From NCBI GenBank assembly GCA_030265395.1, contig JARFYF010000119.1, forward strand, positions 27,621,982-27,685,981: 64,000 bases of DNA, in the 5' to 3' direction. Under the pieces are notes generated by a model. It worked only from the letters and a program-made list of their open reading frames with translations, searched no databases and was not told the origin of the DNA. This document shows, one piece after another, positions 63,961 through 64,000 of the stretch; the first letter of the stretch is position 1; the number at the start of each line of letters is the position of its first letter. Origin of the DNA: Rhina ancylostomus. Taxonomy: Eukaryota. Made by a program: the position numbers and the translations under genes.

Positions 63961-64000
63961 GGTTTGGTGAGTGTTTAAACTAATTTCTCAGGAAAGGAGT

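Overview
Vertebrate genomic scaffold with several N gaps. The repeat content (CR1 and L2 LINEs, HE1/V-SINE-like and DeuSINE-like SINEs, Penelope-like fragments) suggests a cartilaginous fish; this is inference. The window holds the 3' half of a minus-strand KCNQ3 (Kv7.3, M-current K+ channel) gene. Eight coding exons (55891-55797, 43214-43188, 20367-20174, 18862-18763, 14236-14105, 9007-8909, 7939-7855, 4311-3565) splice into one open 1479-nt frame running from calmodulin-binding helix A to the ankyrin-G anchor and stop codon. A 3'UTR of about 2.4 kb follows. The transmembrane and pore exons lie beyond position 64000. The introns are largely degraded retroelements, plus a MITE, two solo LTRs and local duplications. 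I see no prokaryote-type or clearly novel multi-gene system. The best leads are regulatory: a frame-preserving 66-nt candidate cassette exon with an RRRS motif in the helix A-B linker, a GC-AG donor, candidate poison microexons, four UGCAUG (RBFOX) motifs and an overlapping let-7/miR-29 site in the 3'UTR, a near-perfect ~100-nt hairpin past the poly(A) site, and a MITE carrying an array of NRF1-like motifs. Family names and human comparisons come from recall, not database searches, and repeat boundaries are approximate.
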